A stretch of 20,154 bases of DNA from Capsulimonadales bacterium (GCA_033762295.1 JANRLW010000008.1:1-20154), one strand, 5' to 3'; numbered from the stretch's first letter, positions 7,022 to 16,508 are shown. Translations and numbers: made by a program. Notes: generated by a model not told the origin, from the letters alone.

Positions 7022-7918
7022 ATGATGGAGCGGATGGACGATACGCTCGACCTCGAGGAAATCCGGGGCTTTTTCGAAATCGCCGGCTTGCAACCGCCGC
7101 TTCGTCCGCCGGTACCTTTCGAACCGGAACGGCCCCCGCCCGTCCCCCCTTCGCCTCCGGAAACCGAAGCCCCCCCGGCGACGCCCCCCGCACCGAGCGC
7201 GGTCCGGCGCAGATCGGAAGCCAGGCCGGAAGAACGATACGACGTACGCATTCGGGAGTTATCGGAGGATGAACGCCCGAGAGAGCGCCTGATCCGTATC
7301 GGACCGGAAGCCCTTACCACCGCCGAGCTGCTGGCGATTCTGATACGCACCGGAACGGAAAAACGGTCGGCGGTCGGAGTCGCCGACCAGTTACTGACCG
7401 ACCACGGCGGTCTGCGCGGCGTGGCGCGACTCTCGGTGGACGAACTCTCCCGCGTTGCCGGAATCGGACCGGCGAAGGCCGCCCAGATCAAGGCGGCGAT
7501 CGAGTTCGGACGCCGGCTGGTCGCCGCCAGTCCGGAGGAGCGCACCAAAATCGGCAGTCCGCGCGACGTTTACAACCTTCTGGGTCCGACATTGCGCGAT
7601 GAACCCCGTGAGCATGTGATCGCCCTGCTCATGGATACCAAAGGCGGGGTGCTTCGACAGTCGACCATCTCCATCGGCGATCTTTCCTCGTCCATCGTTC
7701 ATCCGCGCGAGGTGTTTCGTGAGGCGATCCGCTGTTCGGCAGCGTCGCTGATTCTGGTGCACAACCACCCGTCCGGTGACCCGACGCCGTCCCCGGAGGA
7801 CATCGCGATCACCCATCGGTTGAACGAGGCGGGCGATCTGATCGGGATCGAACTGCTCGATCACATAATCATCGGCGATCACCGGTGGACCTCGCTTCGG
7901 GAAAAGGGACACCTCTGA
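7022..7918 (+). CDS. radC: RadC family (UPF0758) JAB/MPN-domain protein with a Pro-rich N-terminal extension
   Basis: Motifs ERPRERL, ELLAILIRTG, GIGPAKA, VHPREVF, HNHPSGDPTPSPED and LLDHIIIG. The start is uncertain (7004-7034). Confidence 0.95.
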   Translation: MMERMDDTLDLEEIRGFFEIAGLQPPLRPPVPFEPERPPPVPPSPPETEAPPATPPAPSAVRRRSEARPEERYDVRIRELSEDERPRERLIRIGPEALTTAELLAILIRTGTEKRSAVGVADQLLTDHGGLRGVARLSVDELSRVAGIGPAKAAQIKAAIEFGRRLVAASPEERTKIGSPRDVYNLLGPTLRDEPREHVIALLMDTKGGVLRQSTISIGDLSSSIVHPREVFREAIRCSAASLILVHNHPSGDPTPSPEDIAITHRLNEAGDLIGIELLDHIIIGDHRWTSLREKGHL

Positions 7919-8004
7919 CCGGCGGTGTTTCCGGGTATACTGATCGAAATTCGGCTCGGCGAACGTCCTGAGAAAACAGGCGTTTCAGAACAGGCAGACT
8001 CGTG

Positions 8005-9168
8005 ATGCATGCGCTTCCGGACCCGGACCGGCTTTCTCCGGAGGAAAAGGTCGGTCAGCTCCTTTGTTTCGGCTGGATGGCTCCCGACTGTGTTCTTAGC
8101 GTCAATCGGCAGGCCGTCGAATGCATCGAGGAGTTCCGGGCGGGCGCGATGGTCGTCATGGCCCGCAACCTGGCGCACGAACCCCGGCCCGCGCGACTCG
8201 ATCCGTCGGCGATCCTCGCGATGTCCGAGGAACTGCAATCCCATGCTGCCATTCCCCTGCTGCTCGCCACCGATCAGGAGGGCGGGCGGGTCGCCCGGTT
8301 CGGCGCACCGCCGTTCACCCGGATGCCGGCGGCGTTGACCCTCGGTCGGCACGGTAGTCTTGCCGAGGCGGAGCGGGCGGCCCATATCACCGGACAGGAA
8401 CTCGCGGCGGTCGGCATTCGCTGGAACTTCGCCCCGGTCGCCGATATCCACTCCAACCCGGAGAATCCGGTCATCGGAGACCGCAGTTTCGGTGTCACCG
8501 CGGAGGAGGTTGCCGAACGGGTGGCGGCGCAAATCGCCGGTTACCGACACTCGGGCGTGCTGTCGTGCGCCAAACATTTTCCCGGCCACGGGGATACCCG
8601 GGAGGATTCGCACTTCGACCTTCCGACGCTCTCGTTGGACCCGGACCTGCTGATGAATCGCGAACTCCTTCCGTTCCGGGCGGCCATCGGGGCAGGGGTT
8701 CCGACGATCATGACCGCCCATATCGTTTTCCCCCGGTTCGACCCGGAGAATCCCGCGACCATGAGTCCGGCGATTCTGACCGACCTTCTCCGCAAACGCC
8801 TTGGTTTTGAAGGACTGATCGTCACCGATTGCCTCGAAATGAAGGCGGTGACCGAACGCTGGGGGACGGCGCGGGCAGCGGTACGGGCGATCCGGGCGGG
8901 TGCCGACATGGTGATGGTCTGCCATACGCCCCAACGGCAGCGCGAAACACGGGACGCCGTTCTCGCGGCGGTCCGCGCGGGCGAGATTTCGGAAGAACGG
9001 TTGACCGAAGCCGTTCGCCATGTTCTGGAGGCGAAACGTCAGGCGTTCGCCGCGGACCGTCCGTCGCTCGATCGGATCGGCGCTCCGGAACATATCGCCT
9101 TTCGGGAGGCGCTCACCGGTTCCCCGACGACCGTTTCCACGACCCTCGGCGAAGCCGCACCCGTTTGA
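8005..9168 (+). CDS. nagZ: Beta-N-acetylhexosaminidase (GH3)
   Basis: DQEGGRV, NFAPVAD, the NagZ signature KHFPGHGDTREDSH and VTDCLEM. Confidence 0.93.
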   Translation: MHALPDPDRLSPEEKVGQLLCFGWMAPDCVLSVNRQAVECIEEFRAGAMVVMARNLAHEPRPARLDPSAILAMSEELQSHAAIPLLLATDQEGGRVARFGAPPFTRMPAALTLGRHGSLAEAERAAHITGQELAAVGIRWNFAPVADIHSNPENPVIGDRSFGVTAEEVAERVAAQIAGYRHSGVLSCAKHFPGHGDTREDSHFDLPTLSLDPDLLMNRELLPFRAAIGAGVPTIMTAHIVFPRFDPENPATMSPAILTDLLRKRLGFEGLIVTDCLEMKAVTERWGTARAAVRAIRAGADMVMVCHTPQRQRETRDAVLAAVRAGEISEERLTEAVRHVLEAKRQAFAADRPSLDRIGAPEHIAFREALTGSPTTVSTTLGEAAPV

Positions 9169-9232
9169 CCACCGTTTCCACCGTGGGAGCCCCGTTGCGG
9201 AACGGGAGCGGATCGCCGCCCGATCGCGTACC

Positions 9233-9874
9233 ATGGGTATGAAATTGAAAATTCCGCTTTTTCGCGTCCTGATCCCGTTACTACCGGCTCTGGTTTTCCT
9301 TCCCGCCGCGCAGGCTCAGGAACCGGAATGGATGGCAACCGGCACTCTGCTCGAAGCCTGTACCTGCGCCGTTCCCTGCACCTGTAACTTCGGTGAAGGT
9401 CCGTCGCCGAACCATTACTGTCACGCCGTGTACGGCTATCGCCTCGATAAGGCGCGTTTCGGTGACGTCGACCTTTCCGGGTTGGTCATCGCCGGGGCCG
9501 ATGCCTCCGGAAGCCTCGGCTTTCTCGACCGACGGGCGACCCCGACACAGCGCGCCGCGCTGGAGAAACTGGCCTATGCCCTCTTCGAGAAAGGCGGCCC
9601 CTCCTCCGGCAAACGCCGTTTCGTCAGCGTCGATATTACCCACGAAGTCAAGGGGAACGATCTTCGCCTGAAAATCGCGGGGTACGGCGGATTCAACGCG
9701 CGGGTGATACTGGGTCGGGACGGGACGAGCCCGGTCGTAGTGGAAAATAACACGATCTGGCCGATTCCGCGAGCCATCAAGGCCAAAACTTCGTCGCTGA
9801 CCTTCCGGGACAAAAGCGCCGGAACGATCGACGCGCGGGGTACGAACGCCAATTACGGCACCTTTTCGTTTTGA
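9233..9874 (+). CDS. DUF1326-like Cys-rich protein with a signal peptide
   Basis: The signal peptide ends in AQA-Q. The EACTCAVPCTC...C motif and DLSGL are typical of DUF1326. Start is ATG 9233 or 9239. Confidence 0.75.
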   Translation: MGMKLKIPLFRVLIPLLPALVFLPAAQAQEPEWMATGTLLEACTCAVPCTCNFGEGPSPNHYCHAVYGYRLDKARFGDVDLSGLVIAGADASGSLGFLDRRATPTQRAALEKLAYALFEKGGPSSGKRRFVSVDITHEVKGNDLRLKIAGYGGFNARVILGRDGTSPVVVENNTIWPIPRAIKAKTSSLTFRDKSAGTIDARGTNANYGTFSF

Positions 9875-9888
9875 AACGGAGTCGGAGT

Positions 9889-9916
9889 CGGAGCGGACCC
9901 ATCAGGGTCCGCTCCG
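9889..9916. terminator. Hairpin between convergent genes (likely terminator)
   Basis: CGGAGCGGACCC-ATCA-GGGTCCGCTCCG is a perfect 12-bp stem with no strong U tract. Confidence 0.55.
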
Positions 9917-9975
9917 GACTGTCGACCCAACCCGAGGTGCGATGAAAAGCCGATGGAAATCGGATGGAGGCCGGC

Positions 9976-10851
9976 TCAGGATTGCGCGGCCGCCTCGAGC
10001 GCGGACCAATCCTCCTCGGCGATCTTCAGGGCCGCCGCCGCCGTGTTCTCCTCCAGATGGGCAATCGAGGAGGTCCCCGGGATGGGTAGCATCACCGGCG
10101 AACGGCGCAACAGCCAGGCCAACGCCACCTGGGCGACCGTGGCTCCGTACTTACGTGCCAGAGTGTCGAGCGGTCCACCCTCCCGCGCCAGTTCTCCCGC
10201 GGCCACCGGGAACCACGGAATGAAGGCCAGATTATTTTCCTCACAGTACCGGACTACCGGTTCCCACTTCCGATCGGTCAGGTTATACAGGTTCTGGACC
10301 GAAACCACCGGCAACACTTCTCGCGCTTTTTGAATCTGTTCCGTATCCACTTCGGAAAGTCCGAAATGGCGGATTTTTCCCGCGTCCTGCATCTCCTTCA
10401 GCGCGCCCAGGGTCTCCTCCATCGGCACGCGATCATCGAACCGGTGCAGTTGATACAGGTCGATCCGGTCGAGTTTCAGACGACGGAGACTCATTTCCAC
10501 ACACTGTTTGAGATAGTCCGCGCGCCCGACCGGATGCCAGCGGTTCGGTCCGGTACGGGTCAATCCGCCCTTGGTCGCGATGACCAATCCCTCGGGATAC
10601 GGGTACAGGGCTTCCCGAATCAAACGCTCGCTGACCTCCGGACCATAGGAGTCCGCCGTATCGATAAAGTTGATTCCGAGTTCGACCACCCGCTTCAAAA
10701 GAAGTTTCGCCCCCTCCGGGTCGTTCGGTTCGTCCCAGATCCCCGGTCCGGTGATCCGCATCGCGCCGAACCCCATTCGGTGAACCGTCATATCGGAACC
10801 CAGGGTAAACGCTCCGGACAGGCGTGCATCGGGTGTGAGTGTCTCGTTCAT
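9976..10851 (-). CDS. Aldo/keto reductase
   Basis: Motifs [43 protein letters not shown] and PIPGTSS. SD GGAG precedes ATG 10851. Confidence 0.95.
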   Translation of the reverse strand: MNETLTPDARLSGAFTLGSDMTVHRMGFGAMRITGPGIWDEPNDPEGAKLLLKRVVELGINFIDTADSYGPEVSERLIREALYPYPEGLVIATKGGLTRTGPNRWHPVGRADYLKQCVEMSLRRLKLDRIDLYQLHRFDDRVPMEETLGALKEMQDAGKIRHFGLSEVDTEQIQKAREVLPVVSVQNLYNLTDRKWEPVVRYCEENNLAFIPWFPVAAGELAREGGPLDTLARKYGATVAQVALAWLLRRSPVMLPIPGTSSIAHLEENTAAAALKIAEEDWSALEAAAQS

Positions 10852-11058
10852 CGTTAAAGGTACTCCGCTTCGGTTGGTTGGCGACAAAACAAGGTTTTGC
10901 CGCGGTCACAATACCCGATACCGGCCCCGGAGCGAACCGAACCCTCCGGCTCAGGAGAATCCGGCCAGTGATTTTGATCACCGCAACCGTGCGGTTCATC
11001 TTCGGGTCCGATAAATGAACCCCGACGTTTCGTTGAGTTCAAGAGAGGACGATCACTG

Positions 11059-11661
11059 ATGCACCACCCGCTGTCGCCGAGAACGGCGTCCGTCCGCCCC
11101 GTACGACGATTTCCGCTGCCTTTACTGATTCCGTTCCTGTTGCTGACGGTCTGGTCCGTCTACGGCGTTTACCACTTCGCCGTTCATTTGCCGGCGACAC
11201 GTTCCGTCCGGACGGTGCCGATCGGAACGAGGAGGGTCGTGGAAAGATTCTGTCGATCGGGTCTTGGTCTTTCCGCTATTATCGCAAGCCGGACACCCTA
11301 TGAAAACGGTCGATGTGTGCGCGTCCAAACCGAAGCGGGGGAGTATGCCGTTTTCATGGACGGTCGGGAAAACGTGACCAATGTCACCCTGACCCCTTCC
11401 GAGTCCATTCAGGTTTCGCGCGAGCCGATGACGGCACGGGAAGCGGAATGGATGACTCGACGTCAGTGGCGGGTCGAGGGCGCCACTCCGGAAAAGATTA
11501 CGGTTGTCTACAAACGTTCCGGCGAGATGGAGATCTGGCGGGTCACCGGACAGGTCCGAAGGTCCGATGGGTCACGCCACCGTTTTCGGATGGAATACCA
11601 GCACCGGACCGGGTTCCTGCTCGTGCGGTATGTGGCCGCGATCGGGTCCGGTCGTCCGTAG
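11059..11661 (+). CDS. Hypothetical protein with an N-terminal membrane anchor
   Basis: SD GAGAGGA precedes the ATG. It has a single hydrophobic segment (LPLLIPFLLLTVWSVYGVY) and fills the gap between the AKR and SDR genes. Confidence 0.6.
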   Translation: MHHPLSPRTASVRPVRRFPLPLLIPFLLLTVWSVYGVYHFAVHLPATRSVRTVPIGTRRVVERFCRSGLGLSAIIASRTPYENGRCVRVQTEAGEYAVFMDGRENVTNVTLTPSESIQVSREPMTAREAEWMTRRQWRVEGATPEKITVVYKRSGEMEIWRVTGQVRRSDGSRHRFRMEYQHRTGFLLVRYVAAIGSGRP

Positions 11662-11700
11662 CGGTTGTTTTTTGCGAACGGAACGTTCGCCATTCCACCG

Positions 11701-11729
11701 TTGTAGTAGCCCTTGAATGGTTATACGAT
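11701..11729 (+). promoter_or_regulatory. sigma70-type promoter for the SDR gene
   Basis: TTGTAG-N17-TACGAT, just upstream of SD GGGGGA and TTG 11747. Confidence 0.5.
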
Positions 11730-11746
11730 ATACGGGGGAACTCACC

Positions 11747-12472
11747 TTGAAGATTGAAAACTCGGTTGTCGTCGTCACCGGAGCCAATCGCGGAATCGGA
11801 CGCGCTCTGGTGGGACAGTTGGTTCGTCTCGGCGCAAGTCGCATCTACGCTGCAGCGCGGGATGTCGCCACCGTCTCGGACCTTGTCGAACAAAACGACG
11901 GTCGGGTGATTGCGGTCCGGCTCGACCTGCACGACCCGCAAAGTATCGAACGTCTGCCAGGGGCCGTCGGGGATGCGAATCTCCTGATCAACAACGCCGG
12001 GACGGCGGGCGGCGGCAGCCAGTTATCGACGGATTCGGAGGTCATCCGGAAGGACTTTGAAACCAACTACTTCGGCACTCTGGGGGTGGCTCGCGCCCTC
12101 GTCCCGGTTTTGGAGGCCAACGGCGGCGGGGCGATCGTCAATGTCCTCTCCGTCGTTTCGCTTGCCAGCATGCCGGCTCTGGGCGGATACAGCGCTTCCA
12201 AGGCGGCGGCTCACTCGTTGACCCTCGGTTTGCGGGGCGAACTGGCCGCCCGAGGGATCGCCGTTTACGGTGTCTATCCGGGACCGGTCGACACGGATAT
12301 GGCGAAAGGACTCGACCTGCCCAAAACGTCGGCGGAGGAGGTGGCGCGGGCGATTCTGGCGGGGGTGGAATCCGGGCATGCCTATATTCTCCCGGACCCG
12401 ATGTCACAGCAGGTATATGAGGGTTGGCGGACAGACCACCGGACCGTCGAGGCACAGTTCGCCGGTCTCTGA
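11747..12472 (+). CDS. Short-chain dehydrogenase/reductase (classical SDR)
   Basis: Motifs TGANRGIG, NNAG, catalytic YSASK and PGPVDTDM. The likely start is TTG 11747. Confidence 0.94.
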   Translation: MKIENSVVVVTGANRGIGRALVGQLVRLGASRIYAAARDVATVSDLVEQNDGRVIAVRLDLHDPQSIERLPGAVGDANLLINNAGTAGGGSQLSTDSEVIRKDFETNYFGTLGVARALVPVLEANGGGAIVNVLSVVSLASMPALGGYSASKAAAHSLTLGLRGELAARGIAVYGVYPGPVDTDMAKGLDLPKTSAEEVARAILAGVESGHAYILPDPMSQQVYEGWRTDHRTVEAQFAGL

Positions 12473-12521
12473 CCGGGTCGCGGGGCGAGCGGACGACAAT
12501 CTCGTCCGCCCGCCGATCCGC

Positions 12522-12944
12522 CTACGAGATGCGGACGTCGATCGGGTATTCGCCCGCGTCCGTCCATCCGGTGCCGGGCAACGTACGGTACTCGATTCGC
12601 AGTCGGTACACCCCCTGTCCGGCGATCGGGAAGCCGTTCACCCGCAGCGTCATCCGGTGTTTCAGCGCAGTGAGGTCGAAGCGATTATTGTTCTCCATCA
12701 GGGTCGTTCCGGACGGGGTCACGAGGGTCAGTCGTTGTTCGAACGCCTTACCGTGGTCCTGCGGTTCGGCGATCCAGAGGTTGACGACGGCCCAGGGGGC
12801 GGGAATGACCCCTTCCCCGTTCGGATTGGTCCCGGACGGCAGATTCACGGTCACCTGATCCAGCAGTTCGACAATGGTCAGTGCGCCGGTTTCGGCATCG
12901 TTACTGAACGTCCGGCACGGCAAAAGAAACGACAGTTTCGGCAT
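12522..12944 (-). CDS. Hypothetical protein, DUF6941-like
   Basis: Beta-rich 140-aa ORF. The N-terminal 'LLPC...D.ETG.LTI..L.D' and C-terminal 'FP....GVYRLRI' pattern is recalled from DUF6941. Confidence 0.6.
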   Translation of the reverse strand: MPKLSFLLPCRTFSNDAETGALTIVELLDQVTVNLPSGTNPNGEGVIPAPWAVVNLWIAEPQDHGKAFEQRLTLVTPSGTTLMENNNRFDLTALKHRMTLRVNGFPIAGQGVYRLRIEYRTLPGTGWTDAGEYPIDVRIS

Positions 12945-13061
12945 AAACCCTCCCGGCGCCCCGGAAACGGACCGCCAGAACGGTATACGCCACCGGTCCT
13001 TGAAAATCCTGAGCTACCGTTTGACGATCCGAACGGTCGAAGCGGCCCGACGAATTCGTCG

Positions 13062-13090
13062 TTGCGGAGTCCGGGATCGTGTGTTATAAA
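13062..13090 (+). promoter_or_regulatory. Promoter for the rpsN-led ribosomal operon
   Basis: TTGCGG-N17-TATAAA with an extended TG. Confidence 0.6.
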
Positions 13091-13219
13091 GGGAGGGTTG
13101 CCGGGTCGCCGTTTCAACGGTCCGCGCGACCTTCCCAACCAATCCCAAATGGCGGAGCCTCGAAAACGCTCCGCGCCAAAGTCCGCCCTGTTCTCACAGG
13201 CGGAACCTGGAGGAATAGT

Positions 13220-13489
13220 ATGGCACGCGAAGCCTGGAAAGAGCGACAGAAGCGACGGGAGCAGACCGTCGCCAAATATGCCGCTATCCGCAAAGAATTG
13301 AAGGAAAAAGGCGACTACGAGGGTCTGGCCAATCTGCCCCGCGACGCCTCCCCCGTTCGTCTCAAGAACCGCTGTTCGATCACCGGTCGTTCCCACGGCT
13401 ATATGCGGAAGTTCGGCATCAGCCGTATCACCTTCCGTGAAATGGCTCACCGCGGCCTGATTCCCGGCGTGACGAAATCGAGCTGGTAG
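13220..13489 (+). CDS. rpsN: 30S ribosomal protein S14, 89-aa Zn-independent form
   Basis: [36 protein letters not shown]...PGVTKSSW, with SD GGAGG. Confidence 0.97.
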   Translation: MAREAWKERQKRREQTVAKYAAIRKELKEKGDYEGLANLPRDASPVRLKNRCSITGRSHGYMRKFGISRITFREMAHRGLIPGVTKSSW

Positions 13490-13503
13490 GAAGGAAAACA
13501 AAG

Positions 13504-13914
13504 ATGGTTATTTCCGATCCTATCGGCGATCTGCTGACGCGTATCCGCAACGCGCACCATGCCAATCACGACTCGCTCGAACTTCCGGACAGCAAGCTGA
13601 AACGGGAAGTGTTGCGTATCCTCCAGTCGGAGGGTTTTATTCGCACCTTCGAAGTGATCCCGGATACCCCGCAGAACCGCATCAAGATCACCCTGCGCTA
13701 CAGTCAGGGACAGGGCCAGCGACGGGAACCCGCCATTCGCGGACTGAAGCGTGTCTCGAAGCCCGGTCTGCGCGTCTACTCCGGAGCCGACGAGATTCCG
13801 CTGATTCAGCGGGGTATCGGCGTCACCATCCTGACGACCTCCCGTGGAGTGATGACCGGCAAACAGGCGCGGCGTCTGGGTATCGGCGGTGAAATCCTCG
13901 CCTACGTCTACTAA
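13504..13914 (+). CDS. rpsH: 30S ribosomal protein S8
   Basis: DPIGDLLTRIRNA, RVSKPGLRVY and GGEILAYVY. Confidence 0.98.
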   Translation: MVISDPIGDLLTRIRNAHHANHDSLELPDSKLKREVLRILQSEGFIRTFEVIPDTPQNRIKITLRYSQGQGQRREPAIRGLKRVSKPGLRVYSGADEIPLIQRGIGVTILTTSRGVMTGKQARRLGIGGEILAYVY

Positions 13915-14017
13915 ATCTACGAAATAATCCGCTCCGGCCGCTCGACGGCCGTTTGGTGATCGCGACCCGCCGGGCGACGGAACCGTCCGACGGGGGAGTT
14001 AACCAGGAGAAGAATCC

Positions 14018-14626
14018 ATGTCCCGAATTGGAAAGCAGCCCATCCCGCTGCCGAACGGCGTCAAATTGACGGCTGAAGCGGACGGTCGGGTCACCGCGAC
14101 CGGACCGAAAGGCACCATCACGAAGCAGTTGTCGCCGGAATTGACGGTGGCGGTCGAAGGCAACCAGATCGTCGTCACCCGACCGACCGACTCCGACCGG
14201 CATCGTGCCCTGCACGGTCTGACGCGCACTCTGATCGCCAACATGGTGACCGGTGTCTCGGCCGGCTACCAGAAAGTGCTAAATGTCACCGGTGTCGGTT
14301 ACCGCGCGGAAGTGACGGGCGGCAAACTGCGTCTGAACGTCGGGTATTCCCACCCGGTCGAAATGACGCCCCGCCCCGGCATCACCTTTACCAGCGTCGT
14401 CGATCCCGCCACCCGTATGCCCGTCATCACCATTGCCGGCATCGACAAGGAAACGGTCGGTCAGATGGCGGCGGAAGTTCGCTCGATCCGCCCGCCCGAA
14501 CCCTATAAGGGCAAGGGAATTCGCTACAGCAACGAAGTTATCCGCCGAAAGGCCGGTAAATCCGGAAAGGCCGGTAAGGGCGGCAAAGGCGGTAAAGGCG
14601 GCGGTGGCGGCGGCAAGAAGAAGTAA
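14018..14626 (+). CDS. rplF: 50S ribosomal protein L6 with a Gly/Lys tail
   Basis: [21 protein letters not shown] and [13 protein letters not shown]. Confidence 0.98.
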   Translation: MSRIGKQPIPLPNGVKLTAEADGRVTATGPKGTITKQLSPELTVAVEGNQIVVTRPTDSDRHRALHGLTRTLIANMVTGVSAGYQKVLNVTGVGYRAEVTGGKLRLNVGYSHPVEMTPRPGITFTSVVDPATRMPVITIAGIDKETVGQMAAEVRSIRPPEPYKGKGIRYSNEVIRRKAGKSGKAGKGGKGGKGGGGGGKKK

Positions 14627-14693
14627 GGTCTGATCCCTTTCGGAGAACGCCTGCCCTGCCGGTCGGTCATCGGCGGGGCTACAGGAAGCAGTC

Positions 14694-15053
14694 ATGAAAA
14701 TCAATCGTAACGAAATTCGACAGAAGCGACACGTCCGGGTTCGGAAGCGCGTCTTCGGCACCGAGGAGCGACCGCGTCTGAACGTTTATCGCTCCCATCA
14801 GCATATCTACGCCCAGGTGATTAACGACGAGATCGGCCATACCCTGGCGGCGGCCTCCAGCGCGGACCCGTCGCTGAAGAACGCGATTAAAGGGTGCAAT
14901 ATCGCCGGCGCGCAGGCGGTCGGCAAACTGATCGCCGAACGGGCGACCGCGGCAGGGGTTTCCAAGGTCGTTTACGACCGCGGCGGTTACCTGTACCATG
15001 GTCGAATTCAGGCGCTCGCCGAGGCCGCGCGTGAAGGCGGACTGGACTTTTAA
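14694..15053 (+). CDS. rplR: 50S ribosomal protein L18
   Basis: [20 protein letters not shown] and AAREGGLDF. Confidence 0.98.
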   Translation: MKINRNEIRQKRHVRVRKRVFGTEERPRLNVYRSHQHIYAQVINDEIGHTLAAASSADPSLKNAIKGCNIAGAQAVGKLIAERATAAGVSKVVYDRGGYLYHGRIQALAEAAREGGLDF

Positions 15054-15077
15054 GGAACTGCAAGGAAAAGAATATCA

Positions 15078-15692
15078 ATGGCACGAATCGATGCAGGCTC
15101 GCTGGGCGAGTTGCTGAAAGAGCGAATCGTCCGCACCAATAAAGTTCAGAAAACCAACAAGGGCGGACGTACGATGAGCTGGTCGACCCTGATCGTGGTC
15201 GGCGATCGGAACGGGCATGTCGGCGCGGGCATGGGGAAGGCGCGTGCGATTCCGGATGCGATCCGCAAAGGGACCGATGACGCAAAGAAAAATCTGATCG
15301 CGGTGCCGCTCGTCAACGGCACCATCCCCCATGAAGTGCTGGCGCAGCATGGCGCGTCGCAGGTCCTCCTGCGTCCGGCCGCCCCCGGTACGGGCGTCGT
15401 CGCCGGTGGCGCGGTACGTATCCTCCTCGAGGAAGCCGGCGTTCAGGACGTTCTCGCCAAATCGCTCGGATCGAACAACCCGGTGAACAACGCCTGGGCG
15501 ACGATCAAGGCGCTCAAAGCGTTGCGGACGGTGGAGCAGGTCGCCGTTCTTCGCGCCAAATCGGTCGATGAGGTACGGCGCGGCGCGCCTCTCGGCGGTA
15601 ACACCGGAACGCCGATGGAACCCGTGCGCCCGGCGGTCACGGACGCTTTGGAAGCGACCGCGCCCGTGGAAGGAGCAGGCGATGGCCAATAA
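15078..15692 (+). CDS. rpsE: 30S ribosomal protein S5
   Basis: [20 protein letters not shown] and [10 protein letters not shown]. Confidence 0.98.
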   Translation: MARIDAGSLGELLKERIVRTNKVQKTNKGGRTMSWSTLIVVGDRNGHVGAGMGKARAIPDAIRKGTDDAKKNLIAVPLVNGTIPHEVLAQHGASQVLLRPAAPGTGVVAGGAVRILLEEAGVQDVLAKSLGSNNPVNNAWATIKALKALRTVEQVAVLRAKSVDEVRRGAPLGGNTGTPMEPVRPAVTDALEATAPVEGAGDGQ

Positions 15693-15891
15693 ACTGGAAA
15701 TCACTCTGGCGCGCAGTCCGATCGGCTTCGAGCGATCCCAGGGACTGACCGCCCGTGCGCTCGGCCTGACCAAGCGCGGCATGACGGTCGTTCGCCCCGA
15801 TAACGACTCGGTACGGGGCATGGTCTTTAAGATCCGCCATCTCCTTCAGGTGAAGGAGATTGAGGTGGCAGAGGAAGCGGAAACCCAATGA
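15682..15891 (+). CDS. rpmD: 50S ribosomal protein L30
   Basis: [15 protein letters not shown]...ALGL...[12 protein letters not shown], with SD AGGAG. It overlaps the rpsE stop. Confidence 0.96.
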   Translation: MANKLEITLARSPIGFERSQGLTARALGLTKRGMTVVRPDNDSVRGMVFKIRHLLQVKEIEVAEEAETQ

Positions 15892-16460
15892 ACCTTTCTG
15901 ATTTACGACCGGCGGCAGGCTCCGTCAAACGCCGCAAGCGTGTCGGCCGTGGTGTCGGTTCCGGACACGGTGTCAGCTCGACCCGTGGCGATAAAGGCGA
16001 TAAGGCGCGTGGCCAGGCGAAACTCGGTTTCGAAGGAGGCCAGACCCCCCTGCATCGCCGCCTGCCCAAGCAAAGGGGTCTCGGCGTCGGTTTGACCGCC
16101 CGCGGATTCAATACCGGGCGCTTCAAAACCCAGTATACGATTCTCAATGTTTCCGAACTCGAAGTTTTCGATGTCGGAACCGTGGTCACCCCGGAACTTT
16201 TGATGGAGCGGGGAATCGTAAAGGAGTTGGCGAAGGGCGGGCTGAAAATCCTGGCCGATGGCGAACTCTCCAAGGCGCTGACGGTGCATGCCCATAAGTT
16301 CAGCGGCAGTGCGGAAGACAAGATCACCGAAGTCGGCGGGTCGTTCATCGTGATCGGCGACGAATCCGAGGAGACCGATGAGACGGACGAGACCGACGAG
16401 ACGGACGAGACCGGGGATTCCGATGCCGCGGGTGAGGATGGCTCTTCCGAAGAAGCCTGA
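15888..16460 (+). CDS. rplO: 50S ribosomal protein L15 with an acidic repeat tail
   Basis: [24 protein letters not shown] and KILADGEL. Confidence 0.98.
   Translation: MNLSDLRPAAGSVKRRKRVGRGVGSGHGVSSTRGDKGDKARGQAKLGFEGGQTPLHRRLPKQRGLGVGLTARGFNTGRFKTQYTILNVSELEVFDVGTVVTPELLMERGIVKELAKGGLKILADGELSKALTVHAHKFSGSAEDKITEVGGSFIVIGDESEETDETDETDETDETGDSDAAGEDGSSEEA
16371..16415 (+). repeat. Five 9-nt tandem repeats (GAGACSGAY) encoding ETD in the L15 tail
   Basis: GAGACCGAT GAGACGGAC GAGACCGAC GAGACGGAC GAGACCGGG. Confidence 0.85.
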
Positions 16461-16468
16461 AAAGCGAC

Positions 16469-16496
16469 GGCCGGCGGGTATTTCGCCGGCCCTTTT
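16469..16496 (+). terminator. Terminator-like hairpin between rplO and secY
   Basis: GGCCGGCG-7 nt-CGCCGGCC followed by CTTTT. Confidence 0.5.
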
Positions 16497-16508
16497 CGAT
16501 GGGAGTAG

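Noticed and set aside
7022..7918. radC as a marker of a mobile element
   Set aside because: This is the full-length chromosomal type with the HhH region, and no integrase, transposase or att-like repeats are nearby.
7879..9234. 451-aa minus-strand ORF
   Set aside because: Antisense shadow of nagZ.
13079..13219. N-terminally extended S14 (136 aa in the ORF track)
   Set aside because: The GTG lies within the promoter, and the strong SD GGAGG marks ATG 13220 as the start.
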